Below, one piece after another: positions 1-9,974 of a stretch of DNA of 64,000 bases. The notes under the pieces are model-generated. The model saw only the letters and a list, made by a program, of their open reading frames with translations. It did no database searches and was not told where the DNA came from. How positions within the stretch are numbered: the stretch's first letter is position 1; each line of letters opens with the position of its first letter. The stretch comes from Nitrospirota bacterium (GTDB lineage Bacteria > Nitrospirota > UBA9217), in assembly GCA_963751455.1 (NCBI GenBank), contig CAVVUN010000012.1, positions 192,001 to 256,000 of the forward strand, written 5' to 3'. Position numbers and translations under genes: made by a program.

Positions 1-7
1 GGCCAAC

Positions 8-424
8 GTGGTTTTGACACTGCCGCTCCGGCCCGGCGTTCTGCGCCGTGCCGTGCAGCAGCTTCTGACGATTCCGGTAAGGGCCTTTTACCGTATTCCG
101 TTCAGCGCCCGCTGCTCAAAGCTGTCTGCGAGTGGTTCCTTCCAATGCGAGGCAGAGAATATCAGTATCACCGGCATACTTATTCAAGCAAAAGCGGATC
201 TGAACCAGGGCGACAGAATCAATTTTACACTGAGCCTGCCCTATGTGGGATCTTTTGAAACTCAGGCAGAGGTGATCAGAACGGTCAAGACCGCGGGTAA
301 TCGGCGCCAATATGGTCTCCGCTTTTCCCGGCTCGAACCCACGGCGCGGTACGCGATTAAGACGATCGTTGACTTGATAACATTTAAGCTGCCTCAGAGA
401 TTTCCAGGGAGTGTATTCAGATAA
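8..424 (+). CDS. PilZ-domain protein, C-terminal part (5' end probably outside window)
   Basis: RAFYR (RxxxR) followed by ENISITG (D/N-x-S-x-x-G), then AEVIR...YGLRFSRL as in PilZ domains. Confidence 0.75.
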   Translation: MVLTLPLRPGVLRRAVQQLLTIPVRAFYRIPFSARCSKLSASGSFQCEAENISITGILIQAKADLNQGDRINFTLSLPYVGSFETQAEVIRTVKTAGNRRQYGLRFSRLEPTARYAIKTIVDLITFKLPQRFPGSVFR

Positions 425-544
425 GAAAGCTACACAGCGCGTGGTCACGGGAGTAACCGGCTTGCCTGGAAATCGTCGATGCCTATCTCTTCAGCTATGT
501 GCATGGGCCAGCCGGGCTCCGTGAATTAAGGGCGGCACATGACA

Positions 545-1372
545 CTAAGATCTGCCGGACCTGATCGTCGTACCCGCGCCAGGGACAGTCCCTGTACCCG
601 GGGTAGTCCCTGTACCCGGAGTGGGTTGACCGCCTGGCGTTGGCTCTGTTCTCCCGCAGGCGGCATCCTCTGCAGCACGGGCCACGGCGAGAGCGCCTTC
701 CAGGGCCGCAACCGCGGCTTCCGCTGCCTGCAGGCCGGCTAACGCACTTGCATAGGCCGCCTCAGCAACTGCCGCCGCAACCGCAGCTGCGGCAGCCGCG
801 AGGACAGCGGCAAGCAATCCCGGCAGGTCCCAAATCGCAACAGCGCCGATGGCGGCAATCGCGGCATTCCTTGCGGCTCGGGCATTCAGCATGATGCGGC
901 GGCGCCGTTCCACCCGTTCCCGCTGCGCGTCCCGTTCCGCGCGCGCTCGAGCAAGCGCGGCTTCGGCCGCCTCACGGGCCGCGGTTGCAGCCTTACAGCT
1001 CAGGTTGCCCACGTCGATATCAAGGCCCTGTCCTATCTGCCCGGTAACGCCTGACACACCTCCAGCCGCTGCAGGCGCCTCCTCGCAACCAGAAAGGCAG
1101 ATTGCCAGGGTGCCGACTCCGGCCGCGGCCGCACCCACGATGGCGCCGATTATGGCGATGACGATACCTAAAACAGTGCCGAGACCGCATCCTACCAGAG
1201 CAGCGATGATCGCGGAAAGACCGCCGGTTGCAACGGCTATGGGCGCATCAATTATTTCAGCGGCGCCCACTCCGATAAGACAGGCAATCACCGCGCCGGC
1301 AAGAAATCCGATCCCCGCACCGAACAGCGCGGCAATAATCGCGTTAATGATGCATCGTGTTCGACAATCCAT
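545..1372 (-). CDS. Hypothetical Gly/Ala-rich membrane protein with paired cysteines and a coiled coil
   Basis: 275-aa ORF, GAGG-type RBS upstream, long GxxxG hydrophobic stretches, Ala/Arg/Glu coiled coil, PG/T-rich tail. Confidence 0.6.
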   Translation of the reverse strand: MDCRTRCIINAIIAALFGAGIGFLAGAVIACLIGVGAAEIIDAPIAVATGGLSAIIAALVGCGLGTVLGIVIAIIGAIVGAAAAGVGTLAICLSGCEEAPAAAGGVSGVTGQIGQGLDIDVGNLSCKAATAAREAAEAALARARAERDAQRERVERRRRIMLNARAARNAAIAAIGAVAIWDLPGLLAAVLAAAAAAVAAAVAEAAYASALAGLQAAEAAVAALEGALAVARAAEDAACGRTEPTPGGQPTPGTGTTPGTGTVPGAGTTIRSGRS

Positions 1373-1434
1373 GGCTTCACCTCGCGAAAAATTATTTATC
1401 GTTGCTAGCGCATTCTAGCGTCCGCGCCGGCGGC

Positions 1435-2331
1435 TTACGGGCGGCGCGCACATGCCGGCTCTTCCGGCGCGGCCCGGCAGAGCGCGCTCAAAACATCCTC
1501 TTCACTTGCGGTTTCGCGTTCGCAACTGATGCTCGCAATGTCTTCGTGGACGGCAACGGAGTCGCCGGGATTGAGGTGTTCGAACCTCTGCCCTATGGGC
1601 CGGTTCAACGTTACATTAATTGTATTTCGTCCGACGTTTTTGAGCTCCCGTGCGTGAGCGCCGTAGCACGGCTGGTCCACGGTACAGTCGAGGAAAGATT
1701 GCCGCAGCCGGCCTGAAAACTCCCACCCGGAACGGAACTGAATCTGAGCCGCCACAAGATCGGAGGGCCCACCGCCCGGCGCCGGTACCAGGAAATGATG
1801 GGTCGTAACCTGTTCCTCCGGCATGTTCGGCTGCTCCTCGAGGGGGCCCGATGCCCGGCGGTATCGAAGAACGCAAAGGTCGGTGTCTCCTACTGCTCCA
1901 CGGGCGGCAAAACTCTTTCGTTCGCTCCAGAACGCAAGCTCGTCTCCGTTTCGACGGTACAAAACTTTGAATCGGACATCGACAACCTGCTTGTCGAACA
2001 GGAGATAATCGCGGCCGATCATGAATTTCGCGTCGAATGGCGACCTGAGGGGCAATGAAACGGACGTCTCCGCTTCCGGTGAGGTCAGGAGAATGTTTCC
2101 ACTTCTCCAGAAAAGCGCGGGAGCATGCTCGAAGGTCGGTCGAACGCCGAACTCGGCTTCAATTCGTGTCACCTCTGTCTCATCCGGATCGATAACGGCA
2201 AAGACATGGCCTATTTGAGAATCGGCCTCCAGGGGACCTATCTTCGGTACTGTCTGGTGACAGCCGCAGAACTGAATCATGCAGGCCACGAGAAGGAGCT
2301 GGGAAAAGAGAGCGGCGCGATCGGTCATCAT
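1435..2331 (-). CDS. Hypothetical exported protein / lipoprotein
   Basis: 298-aa ORF, GGAG RBS, hydrophobic N-terminus ending FCGC (lipobox-like). Confidence 0.55.
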   Translation of the reverse strand: MMTDRAALFSQLLLVACMIQFCGCHQTVPKIGPLEADSQIGHVFAVIDPDETEVTRIEAEFGVRPTFEHAPALFWRSGNILLTSPEAETSVSLPLRSPFDAKFMIGRDYLLFDKQVVDVRFKVLYRRNGDELAFWSERKSFAARGAVGDTDLCVLRYRRASGPLEEQPNMPEEQVTTHHFLVPAPGGGPSDLVAAQIQFRSGWEFSGRLRQSFLDCTVDQPCYGAHARELKNVGRNTINVTLNRPIGQRFEHLNPGDSVAVHEDIASISCERETASEEDVLSALCRAAPEEPACARRP

Positions 2332-2686
2332 TGTTGGAATCTCCTGTTTGAACGCTTAACCGTCGGGTATAGTACTTTTGGATTTCCAGCAGTCGCATTA
2401 AAGAGATCTATTAATAGTATAATGCGGTCGGGTTAAAAAGTGAGACGTTGCGGATGTTATTGCTGTTTGATATATTGAGGGCGTTCCTTCGAATTATTAT
2501 TTAGAAGCGGCCCTCACTCCGGATTGCTTCCGTACCGCGCAACGGTCCTGTGGAGGCGCTCCTCTTCCACGAGGAGGACGAGGAGACAGGCGAACTATGT
2601 TTTGGCGTACGCGCGGCCAATATGCCCTGCTGTTGCCGTCACGCGGGCAAAGACAAATCGCACATAATCAGGCTGTCGTTTTCGAT

Positions 2687-3637
2687 TCAGGCCGCGCACT
2701 TTCGGGCAGCGACCCGGCGCTCAAGTGCAATGCGGTCCCATTTGCCGAGATCGGCAGCGGCTTCATAGGTGCTCTGCAGGAATTCGAGGAGCATGTCGTC
2801 CGGGGCTTTCGCGTTGCGGACGATGTCGTACGGCAGAATGAATTCCCGGAGATCGCTGCTGTAGAACGCCTCGCCCGGTTGGACTCGTGCTGTGGAAAAT
2901 CCGGCCGGCTGAGGATAGGCATAGGAATAAAACGCGGGATATGGAACAGGACCTCCGCCCGGCCAGAACCCGCAGCTGCTTACTTCGTGCGAATACGCCT
3001 CCCGCGTGACCCAGTCCGGCAGGTGCGGAATGCCGCCCGGATGTTCAGGTGCTTTTCGTCCCGAAAATCTCGTAACTGCGAGATCAGGGCCGCCCCAGAA
3101 AAAGTGAACCGGGCTGCACTTGCCGATGAACCGTGCGCGAAATTCCTTGAACACACGGTCGGCCTGTACGAGGATCCGCCAGAACCGGTTGGCATACCCG
3201 GGATCATAGGCCCAATGGATTTCGTCGCTGTCAAACGGAATAGGGTCCGCAACCTCGTTCGGTACTTTACATATACGCACCTGCAAGCCGAGTTTTTCCA
3301 TGGCCTCCATGAGCCGCGCATAGAAAGCCGACACCGGCTGCGGTTCGAGCGCAACCCGGCCAACACCGCCGTCGCTCGTCTGGACGGTGAGATGATGCCC
3401 GATGAAGTCGAAATCGATTTGGAAAGTCCGCCTGCCGTAAGGGATAGGCGAAGTAGTGAGTCCCCTGGCCGTGACATACAGCGTTACAGACCAGGAGTGA
3501 TTGGCCCACGGACTTTGAATTAGCCGGATCTTGCCGACAATCTGGGTCCACATATGCAAAGTCGCGTAGGTCTCGCTCCAGGCCTGGAGCGGCAGGCCCG
3601 GCCATGTTTCAAACTGTGAAGCATTCCGTATATTCAT
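2687..3637 (-). CDS. DUF5996 family protein
   Basis: WSETYATLHMWTQIVGKIRL, SPVHFFWGGPDLAVTRFSG, REAYSHEVSSCGFWPG motifs typical of the family. Confidence 0.85.
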   Translation of the reverse strand: MNIRNASQFETWPGLPLQAWSETYATLHMWTQIVGKIRLIQSPWANHSWSVTLYVTARGLTTSPIPYGRRTFQIDFDFIGHHLTVQTSDGGVGRVALEPQPVSAFYARLMEAMEKLGLQVRICKVPNEVADPIPFDSDEIHWAYDPGYANRFWRILVQADRVFKEFRARFIGKCSPVHFFWGGPDLAVTRFSGRKAPEHPGGIPHLPDWVTREAYSHEVSSCGFWPGGGPVPYPAFYSYAYPQPAGFSTARVQPGEAFYSSDLREFILPYDIVRNAKAPDDMLLEFLQSTYEAAADLGKWDRIALERRVAARKCAA

Positions 3638-3836
3638 TTTTCCCCTGAAAACCCCTCACCCCAGCCCTCTCCCACTTATAGTCCAAGTGTATCTCGTATT
3701 TGTTGTGGTCTTTGAGCATGAGTGTACGTGATGATGATACTTAAATCGAATTGACATCGCACTGGCGAAATATTTAATATGATGGGAGAAATCTGCGAGG
3801 ACCGGACTTTCTCCTCGTTGATGAAGGAGATGCAAT

Positions 3837-4121
3837 GTGAAAAGTGTAATCAAGAACAGGACAACGCTGATATGCGGGCACCTCGACCAGATCCGCGCGG
3901 TCCAGCCCCATACCATGGAAGGCTGCGAGGATTGCCTGAAGCTGGGGAGCCGGTGGGTCCATCTCCGGCTCTGTCTCTCGTGCGGCCACGTGGGATGCTG
4001 CGATTCTTCGCCAAACCGCCATGCGCGCGGGCATGCCCACGCCTCAGGACATCCGATTGCTCAATCCTTTGAACCGGGCGAGGACTGGCGCTGGTGCTTC
4101 TTCGATGAGATTGAGGTGTGA
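3837..4121 (+). CDS. UBP-type zinc finger protein
   Basis: CGHL..GCEDC..WVHLRLCLSCGHVGCCDSS..HARGH..EPGEDWRWC. Confidence 0.9.
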   Translation: MKSVIKNRTTLICGHLDQIRAVQPHTMEGCEDCLKLGSRWVHLRLCLSCGHVGCCDSSPNRHARGHAHASGHPIAQSFEPGEDWRWCFFDEIEV

Positions 4122-4176
4122 GCCGAGGTTGCATTTTGTTCGGGCGTCATGCGCTCGAAATCCGGTACTGAATTTA

Positions 4177-4207
4177 AGCCGACGTTCGGCTGAACGCCGG
4201 CTTTTTT
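4177..4207 (+). terminator. Probable intrinsic terminator after the zf-UBP gene
   Basis: AGCCGACGTTC-GGCT-GAACGCCGGCT stem followed by a T run; a similar copy lies at 11267-11297. Confidence 0.6.
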
Positions 4208-4479
4208 ATCGAAGTTAGGTCTTGGTTATATCCAGATGGGTGAGCCCGCACGGGATAAAGATTGACATCGAAAGGATGTAGGGATGTTGACGACTGCAAA
4301 AATATTGACGAGAAAATTATGGATGACCCTATAGCTTCAACTCAGTTTTGAAGGAAACTCTGTGCAAACTTAAAACCCGGGAGCCTCTTCTTTGCACTTG
4401 ATGATGCATGCCAATGAAAGAAGCGGCCCCTTTGATTTCTATTCTTTTTCCTGTTCTTTACGCCTTTCCCAACGACACT

Positions 4480-5070
4480 TTAGAACACAATTGCACGACA
4501 GTTATCTGTCTGCGGCCAGCTGGTTTGGCTGACATTCCTCTTGGCCGGGAATAGGGCGGGGTCCCCTGGCGCGGGGTCGTACAACAGTTGATATGAGATG
4601 GTATTGGCTTCCGACGCGCCATTGGCCGCACCGGTCGTGACCACGGCAACCGCGAGTCCGTTAATGCCTACCGTCTTGCCTGCGGGTATGAGAGTCGGAA
4701 CGGCCGTGAAAACACCGAGATCCTGCGCAAAGGTCAAGTTTGTTCTGACGAAGGCTTTAGGACTGCTGCCGGCTACAAAAAGTCGGGCTGGGTCAAAGTT
4801 AAAGTTCTTGCTCGAGTTCGTATTTCTAATCTCGACGATTCGAAAGACTACATATGCCTGGTTCGGACCCACACTGACCACGTTGATCGGACCGGCACCA
4901 CCCGGGCCGGACGTCTGCTGGTATCCGTTGCAAGCCCCCACCTGGTCAAAAACGATGCTTGCGGAATCCTCGATCAGAGGGCCTCCTCCCGGCTTGGGAG
5001 GACAACCGGTAAGAACCAGTCCCGCCACGACTGAAAGAAAAAGTGCACTTAATAGTCTTTGCCGAAGCAT
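4480..5070 (-). CDS. Hypothetical lipoprotein
   Basis: Signal peptide ending LTGC lipobox; GGAGG RBS. Confidence 0.75.
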   Translation of the reverse strand: MLRQRLLSALFLSVVAGLVLTGCPPKPGGGPLIEDSASIVFDQVGACNGYQQTSGPGGAGPINVVSVGPNQAYVVFRIVEIRNTNSSKNFNFDPARLFVAGSSPKAFVRTNLTFAQDLGVFTAVPTLIPAGKTVGINGLAVAVVTTGAANGASEANTISYQLLYDPAPGDPALFPAKRNVSQTSWPQTDNCRAIVF

Positions 5071-5720
5071 AGAGCGCCTCCTTTACTGCGGAATTGAAAG
5101 CTATTAAGTTCATATAACTATATTTATGTATTGTCAACCTGGGTAAGTTGAAAGCGGCCTGCGGACGTCGGAGTGACATCATACACTCCCCTTATTCCTA
5201 TAATTATAAGAAATGATCAAGCCTGGCCCCCGAACGGCTTTCGGGAAAGAATAAAATCTAACATTAGTCCTGACTCTCATCAGCATCGCTCGTAAAGAGC
5301 GACGTTAGTGCGAGGAAAAGATTGCTGTTTCTCATTTTTTTTACTTTTTTTCACTTATATTCGCAAAAAATAGCGGAGGGTGGTATATTCATTTTAAGGC
5401 GCTGCCAGACCAACACTGAAAAGTGTAAACGCATTTATTCTCCGTTGAGGGCCTGAAAGCGACTGACTTGGCGCGATCAAAAACCGGAAAGCCATGACGC
5501 CAACAGCGTTATAAAACTACCGGTTCAAAGATTACGAGAGGTCGGGAAAGCCGAAAGCTCCTCGACCAAAGGACGTGCGGTGAAGAAGGCGTAAGTTCTT
5601 CCGGGTTTGTGAAAGCAAAAACAGGAGGGTGAACGCCAGGAGCACTGCATGTTCCAAGGTTGTTCAACGGACGCAATAAGATGCGGGTCAAAGCAACGCC
5701 TTTTCTTCATACTCCAATGC

Positions 5721-5752
5721 AAAACCGCCAGGAATATCCTGGCGGTTTTTTT
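5721..5752. terminator. Bidirectional terminator hairpin (family of 3: 5721, 8687, 42313)
   Basis: AAAACCGCCAGGA-ATA-TCCTGGCGGTTTTTT; lies downstream of the minus-strand Big_2 gene. Confidence 0.7.
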
Positions 5753-5823
5753 ATTTTCTGTGTCAAAAAACTCGTTCCGGAATTCAAGACCGGTTCATGA
5801 GATGTCGTGCCGGCATCGCATCA

Positions 5824-8109
5824 TCAATCGACGATGAGCGTCGTGGTGCCTCCGAAAGAACCTTTCATCCTGGCCGTAATGTCTACAGTCCCCGGGCTCA
5901 CGCCTTTCGCAAGTCCCTTGTTCTTTGGTGGTTTATTTACGATCGTAGCGACAGCCGTGTTTGATGAAGACCAGGTAAGAGCTGTGGACCTGGAAAGGTC
6001 CCGTGTCGATCCATCTGAATAGTTCCCGGTCGCGGTGAACAGCAGGGTCGTCCCGGCTTTCAGGGTCTGATTCGCCGGCGTTACGTCGATGCTCATCAGC
6101 GCGGCCGAGGATACGGTGACCGCGGTCGATCCCGTTACGCTCGTCCCGGCGAATGCAGCGCTGATCATGGTCGTGCCTACTGTGAGGGGCGTCACGAGTC
6201 CCCGGGAGCCGTACGCATTGCTCACGGCTGCCACGGACTTGTTCGCCGGCTTCCACGCCACCTGGAAGGTAAGGTCCTGGGTGAATCCGTCGGAGAAACT
6301 TCCTGTTGCCGTGTACTGCACGGGTGCGCCGATTGCGAGACTCGCATCGGCCGGCGTAATGGTAATGGAGTCCAGAGTAGCCGCCGTGACAATGAGCGTC
6401 GCGGTGTTTGTCAGCTGCCCCAGCGCGGCAGTGATGGTGGTCGTGCCGGCGCCGATTGAGGTCGCCAGCCCTTTACTCGCGTCCGCGTTGCTTATGGCCG
6501 CGACGGAGCTGTTCGATGAGCTCCAGACCACCGACGCGGTGATGTCCTGTGTCGTATTGTCGCTGAACGTTCCGGTCGCAATGAACTGTTCCGCGGTTCC
6601 GAGCGCGACCTGGGCCGCGACCGGTGATATGCTGATGGATGTCAGCGACGCCGGGCTGACGGTAAGTGTCGATGATCCCGGCACACCATCGAACCACGCG
6701 GTAATGGTCGTTGTGCCCGGCGCAACGGGTACGGCAAGTCCGTTGGAGCCCGCTGCGTTGCTGACCCCCGCAACCCCCGTGTTCGTTGAGTTCCAGGTGA
6801 CCAGCGGCGTCAGGTCCTGAACGGATCCATCGGAGTAGACACCGTTCGCGGAGAACTGGAGAACAAGGTCGACCGGGATGGTCGGATCAGTCGGTGTAAC
6901 CTCGATCGAGACCAGCGACAGCGCGCTCACCGTGAGCTCCGTGCCGCCTGATATGTTGGCGAGCGTCGCCGTGATCGTGGCCGCTCCGGCCCCGACTGAG
7001 CCGGCAAGTCCCTCGGACCCCGGCGCGTTGCTGACCGTTGCAACCGTGGTTGATGAAGAACCCCAGAGGGCTGCCGCGGTCAGATCCCGGGTAGTGTTGT
7101 CCGAGTAGGTGCCGATAGCCGTGAACTGCTGCGCTGTTCCGAGGGCGATCCCCGTTTCGGCCGGCGTTACGTCGATCGAGACAAGCGTTGCGGTGGTCAC
7201 GGTCAGCGTGGTGCTGCCGGAGATTGACCCTGCCGTTGCCGTGATCACGGCCGAGCCCGCGGCTACGGAGGCGGCGAGCCCATGGGAGCCGGCGCTATCG
7301 CTTACCACCGCAACTGCGGTATCCGATGAGGTCCAGGTAACGGACGAGGTCAGATCCTGGGTAGTGTTGTCCGAGAAGGTGCCGATAGCAGTGAACTGCT
7401 GCGATGTTTCGCAAGCGATCCCCGGTGCTGTCGGCGTTACGTCGATCGAGACAAGCGTTGCGGTGGTCACGGTCAGCGTGGCGCTGCCGGAGATTGACCC
7501 TGCCGTTGCCGTGATCACGGCCGAGCCCGCGGCTGCGGAGGCGGCGAGCCCACGGGAGCCGGCGCTATTGCTTACCACGGCAACCGCGGTATCCGATGAG
7601 GTCCAGGTAACGGACGAGGTCAGGTCCTGGGTGGTGCGGTCGGAATAAATCCCGGTTGCAGTGAATTGCCTTGTTGTGGTGAGCGCGATCCTCGGCGCTT
7701 GCGACGTTACTTCTATCGATACGAGCGTAGCGGTCGTCACGGTCAGCGTGGCGCTGCCGGAGATTGACTCCGTCGTTGCCGTGATCACGGCCGAGCCCGC
7801 GGCTACGGAGGCGGCGAGCCCATTGGAGCCGGCGCTATTGCTTACCACGGCAACTGCCATATCCGATGAGGTCCAGGTAACGGACGAGGTCAGGTCCTGC
7901 GTGGTGTTGTCGGAATAAATCCCCGTTGCAGTGAACTGCCTGGTTGTGTTGAAAGCGATCCTCGGCGCTGTCGGGGTTACTTCTATCGAGACAAGGGATA
8001 CTGCTCCTGCGGTAATGCTTGCGCCGCCCTTTGACTTACATCCGAACGCAAAACTCAAGATGATTGCTGCACATATCAGGCCGTAAAAGCTCATGCTGCA
8101 TTTTCTCAT
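5824..8109 (-). CDS. Ig-like (Big_2) repeat surface lipoprotein, Lig-like adhesin
   Basis: AFGC lipobox; about 8 repeats of SI(E/D)VTP..QFTATG.YSD.TTQDLT..VTW.SS. Confidence 0.9.
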   Translation of the reverse strand: MRKCSMSFYGLICAAIILSFAFGCKSKGGASITAGAVSLVSIEVTPTAPRIAFNTTRQFTATGIYSDNTTQDLTSSVTWTSSDMAVAVVSNSAGSNGLAASVAAGSAVITATTESISGSATLTVTTATLVSIEVTSQAPRIALTTTRQFTATGIYSDRTTQDLTSSVTWTSSDTAVAVVSNSAGSRGLAASAAAGSAVITATAGSISGSATLTVTTATLVSIDVTPTAPGIACETSQQFTAIGTFSDNTTQDLTSSVTWTSSDTAVAVVSDSAGSHGLAASVAAGSAVITATAGSISGSTTLTVTTATLVSIDVTPAETGIALGTAQQFTAIGTYSDNTTRDLTAAALWGSSSTTVATVSNAPGSEGLAGSVGAGAATITATLANISGGTELTVSALSLVSIEVTPTDPTIPVDLVLQFSANGVYSDGSVQDLTPLVTWNSTNTGVAGVSNAAGSNGLAVPVAPGTTTITAWFDGVPGSSTLTVSPASLTSISISPVAAQVALGTAEQFIATGTFSDNTTQDITASVVWSSSNSSVAAISNADASKGLATSIGAGTTTITAALGQLTNTATLIVTAATLDSITITPADASLAIGAPVQYTATGSFSDGFTQDLTFQVAWKPANKSVAAVSNAYGSRGLVTPLTVGTTMISAAFAGTSVTGSTAVTVSSAALMSIDVTPANQTLKAGTTLLFTATGNYSDGSTRDLSRSTALTWSSSNTAVATIVNKPPKNKGLAKGVSPGTVDITARMKGSFGGTTTLIVD
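7100..7990. repeat. Near-identical 270-bp tandem units inside the Big_2 gene
   Basis: e.g. GTCGATCGAGACAAGCGTTGCGGTGGTCACGGTCAGCGTGG at 7171 and 7441. Confidence 0.85.
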
Positions 8110-8503
8110 GGTGGACCCTCCGTTTGATTTATTGGGTTTGGATGATAAGGCTCAATACATAAAGTCAAAGTGCAATCTAAAGGTACCTATTTTCCGTATC
8201 GGGAAGCAAAGTGAAGAGGATATTTTTAAGACAATAGCCTGATTTGTTCTTTAATTCCTTGGTATAGATATATTGTAATATCATAAAATAGTTTTGTCAT
8301 ATTTCTACGAAGAAGAACGCAATAAAAAAAGCATGCGATTAACTGGTGAAAGGAAAGCGAACAATAAATAGCGATTGTTGTGAGGAATTAGTTCGATATG
8401 TGGGTCTTATCTTGCCCTTATGGTCTTTCAGGGAGAAGGATAGGTGAAGTTACCGCGGACACAACGGAGAGAAACTAAAATGGTAACTACTCAGGTCATT
8501 TTT

Positions 8504-8591
8504 TATCCGCAGATTACGCAGATTTCGCAGATAAAAACAAAACCAGAATTCCGGTTTTAGAATCTGCGTCAATCTGCGAAATCTGCGGATA
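8504..8591. repeat. REP/MITE-like palindrome of (CGCAGAT)x3 ... (ATCTGCG)x3
   Basis: TATCCGCAGATTACGCAGATTTCGCAGAT ... ATCTGCGTCAATCTGCGAAATCTGCGGATA. Confidence 0.75.
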
Positions 8592-8686
8592 GAAGGGCTT
8601 TTTCTTAGATTTGTCTTAATGCTGTTCTGAAAAGAAGCTGAATAGTTACCTAAAATGGTACCTTTCAAGATTACTGCATGTTCCAT

Positions 8687-8721
8687 AAAAAAACCGCCAG
8701 GGTTAATCCCGGCGGTTTTTT
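8687..8721. terminator. Bidirectional terminator downstream of the htrA-like gene
   Basis: AAAAAAACCGCCAGGG-TTAAT-CCCGGCGGTTTTTT. Confidence 0.7.
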
Positions 8722-8774
8722 CTTTCATTTCATTTCGATACGCCCCTTTTCGTTCCAGTCCAGGGCAAGTCAAT

Positions 8775-9833
8775 TCAGGACACGATGCCCCGGATCTGTT
8801 TTTCATCGGGTACGATATTGAGGTGCAGCTTTTCCACACCCCGGAGAGCAACCATGGGATAGGTGACGCCGACCTTCTCCTCGGTCAGGATCCTGTGCAG
8901 CTCGTCAATGCCCGGGACCGGCGTCCCCCCGAAGCCCACGATGATGTCCCCTTTTCGCAGGCCTGCCCGCATGGCCGGGCTGTCCGGTTCGATCGCTTCG
9001 ATCATTACCCCTGTTTCAAGGGGAAGACCATGGAAACGTACGACGCGGCGCGGAAGCTGTATGTTCTGACCGCCCAGCCCGATAAAGCTGCGACGCACCC
9101 TCCCGTATTTCATCAGGCTCGTAACAACGAATTTGGCTGTATTGATGCTGATCGCGAAACAGATCCCCTGGGCGGGCGTGATCGCCGCGGTGTTCACCCC
9201 GATGACTTCCCCGCGGGACGTGACCAGTGGTCCGCCCGAATTTCCCGGATTGAGCGCTGCATCAGTCTGGATCACGCTGTCGATCAGCCTGCCGGAGAAT
9301 GAGCGCAGGGAACGGCCGAGCGCGCTCACCACACCCGCGGTCACGGTATATTGAAAACCAAAGGGATTGCCGATCGCGATAACAAGCTGACCGACGCGGA
9401 CTGACTGTGAATCTCCCAGGCGCGCAGCAGCAAGGTTCGAAGCATCGATCCTGATTACGGCAAGGTCCGTTCCCGGATCGTCCCCCACCTTGTCCGCGCG
9501 AAAACGACGTCCGTCCAGAAGGCTCACCTCGATCCGCTCAGCCCCATGCATCACATGGCTGTTGGTAAGAATGAAGCCGTCGGGCGTAAAAATGAAGCCC
9601 GATCCGCTTGACTGCAGCTCCCCGGGACCCTGCGGCGCGTGGCTGTTGCTTCGCACCGGCTTCCATACCTCTATGTTTACGACCGAAGGGCTCACCTTAT
9701 CTGCTGCGCCCACCACGGCCCGGGAATATGCATCCATCACCTCTTTTTCACTGTCCGGCAGCGACTGGACCGAAGACTGGTCAAAGCTCACAGAGTCATT
9801 CAAAAGTTTTTCAATCACGCTTTTCATATTCAA
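8775..9833 (-). CDS. HtrA/DegP-like trypsin serine protease with one PDZ domain
   Basis: GSGFI..ILTNSHV (His), DLAVIRI (Asp), TDAALNPGNSGGPL (Ser), C-terminal PDZ (SPAMRAGLRKGDII). Confidence 0.92.
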   Translation of the reverse strand: MNMKSVIEKLLNDSVSFDQSSVQSLPDSEKEVMDAYSRAVVGAADKVSPSVVNIEVWKPVRSNSHAPQGPGELQSSGSGFIFTPDGFILTNSHVMHGAERIEVSLLDGRRFRADKVGDDPGTDLAVIRIDASNLAAARLGDSQSVRVGQLVIAIGNPFGFQYTVTAGVVSALGRSLRSFSGRLIDSVIQTDAALNPGNSGGPLVTSRGEVIGVNTAAITPAQGICFAISINTAKFVVTSLMKYGRVRRSFIGLGGQNIQLPRRVVRFHGLPLETGVMIEAIEPDSPAMRAGLRKGDIIVGFGGTPVPGIDELHRILTEEKVGVTYPMVALRGVEKLHLNIVPDEKQIRGIVS

Positions 9834-9974
9834 CTCCTCTCATGCATAGTAACACTTCTGTCAAGAGGGAGATCGCCCGGCTCCTGAAACATCAGCATTC
9901 AGAGAATATCCGGTCCTTTCCTACGACATTGATAACCGTGAATGTAAAGGAAGGAGTGCTATACTCTAACCAAT

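Noticed and set aside
2597-3523. 308-aa plus-strand ORF, and similar long antisense ORFs over the Big_2, NHL, asmA and MalT genes
   Set aside because: Shadow frames of well-supported opposite-strand genes.
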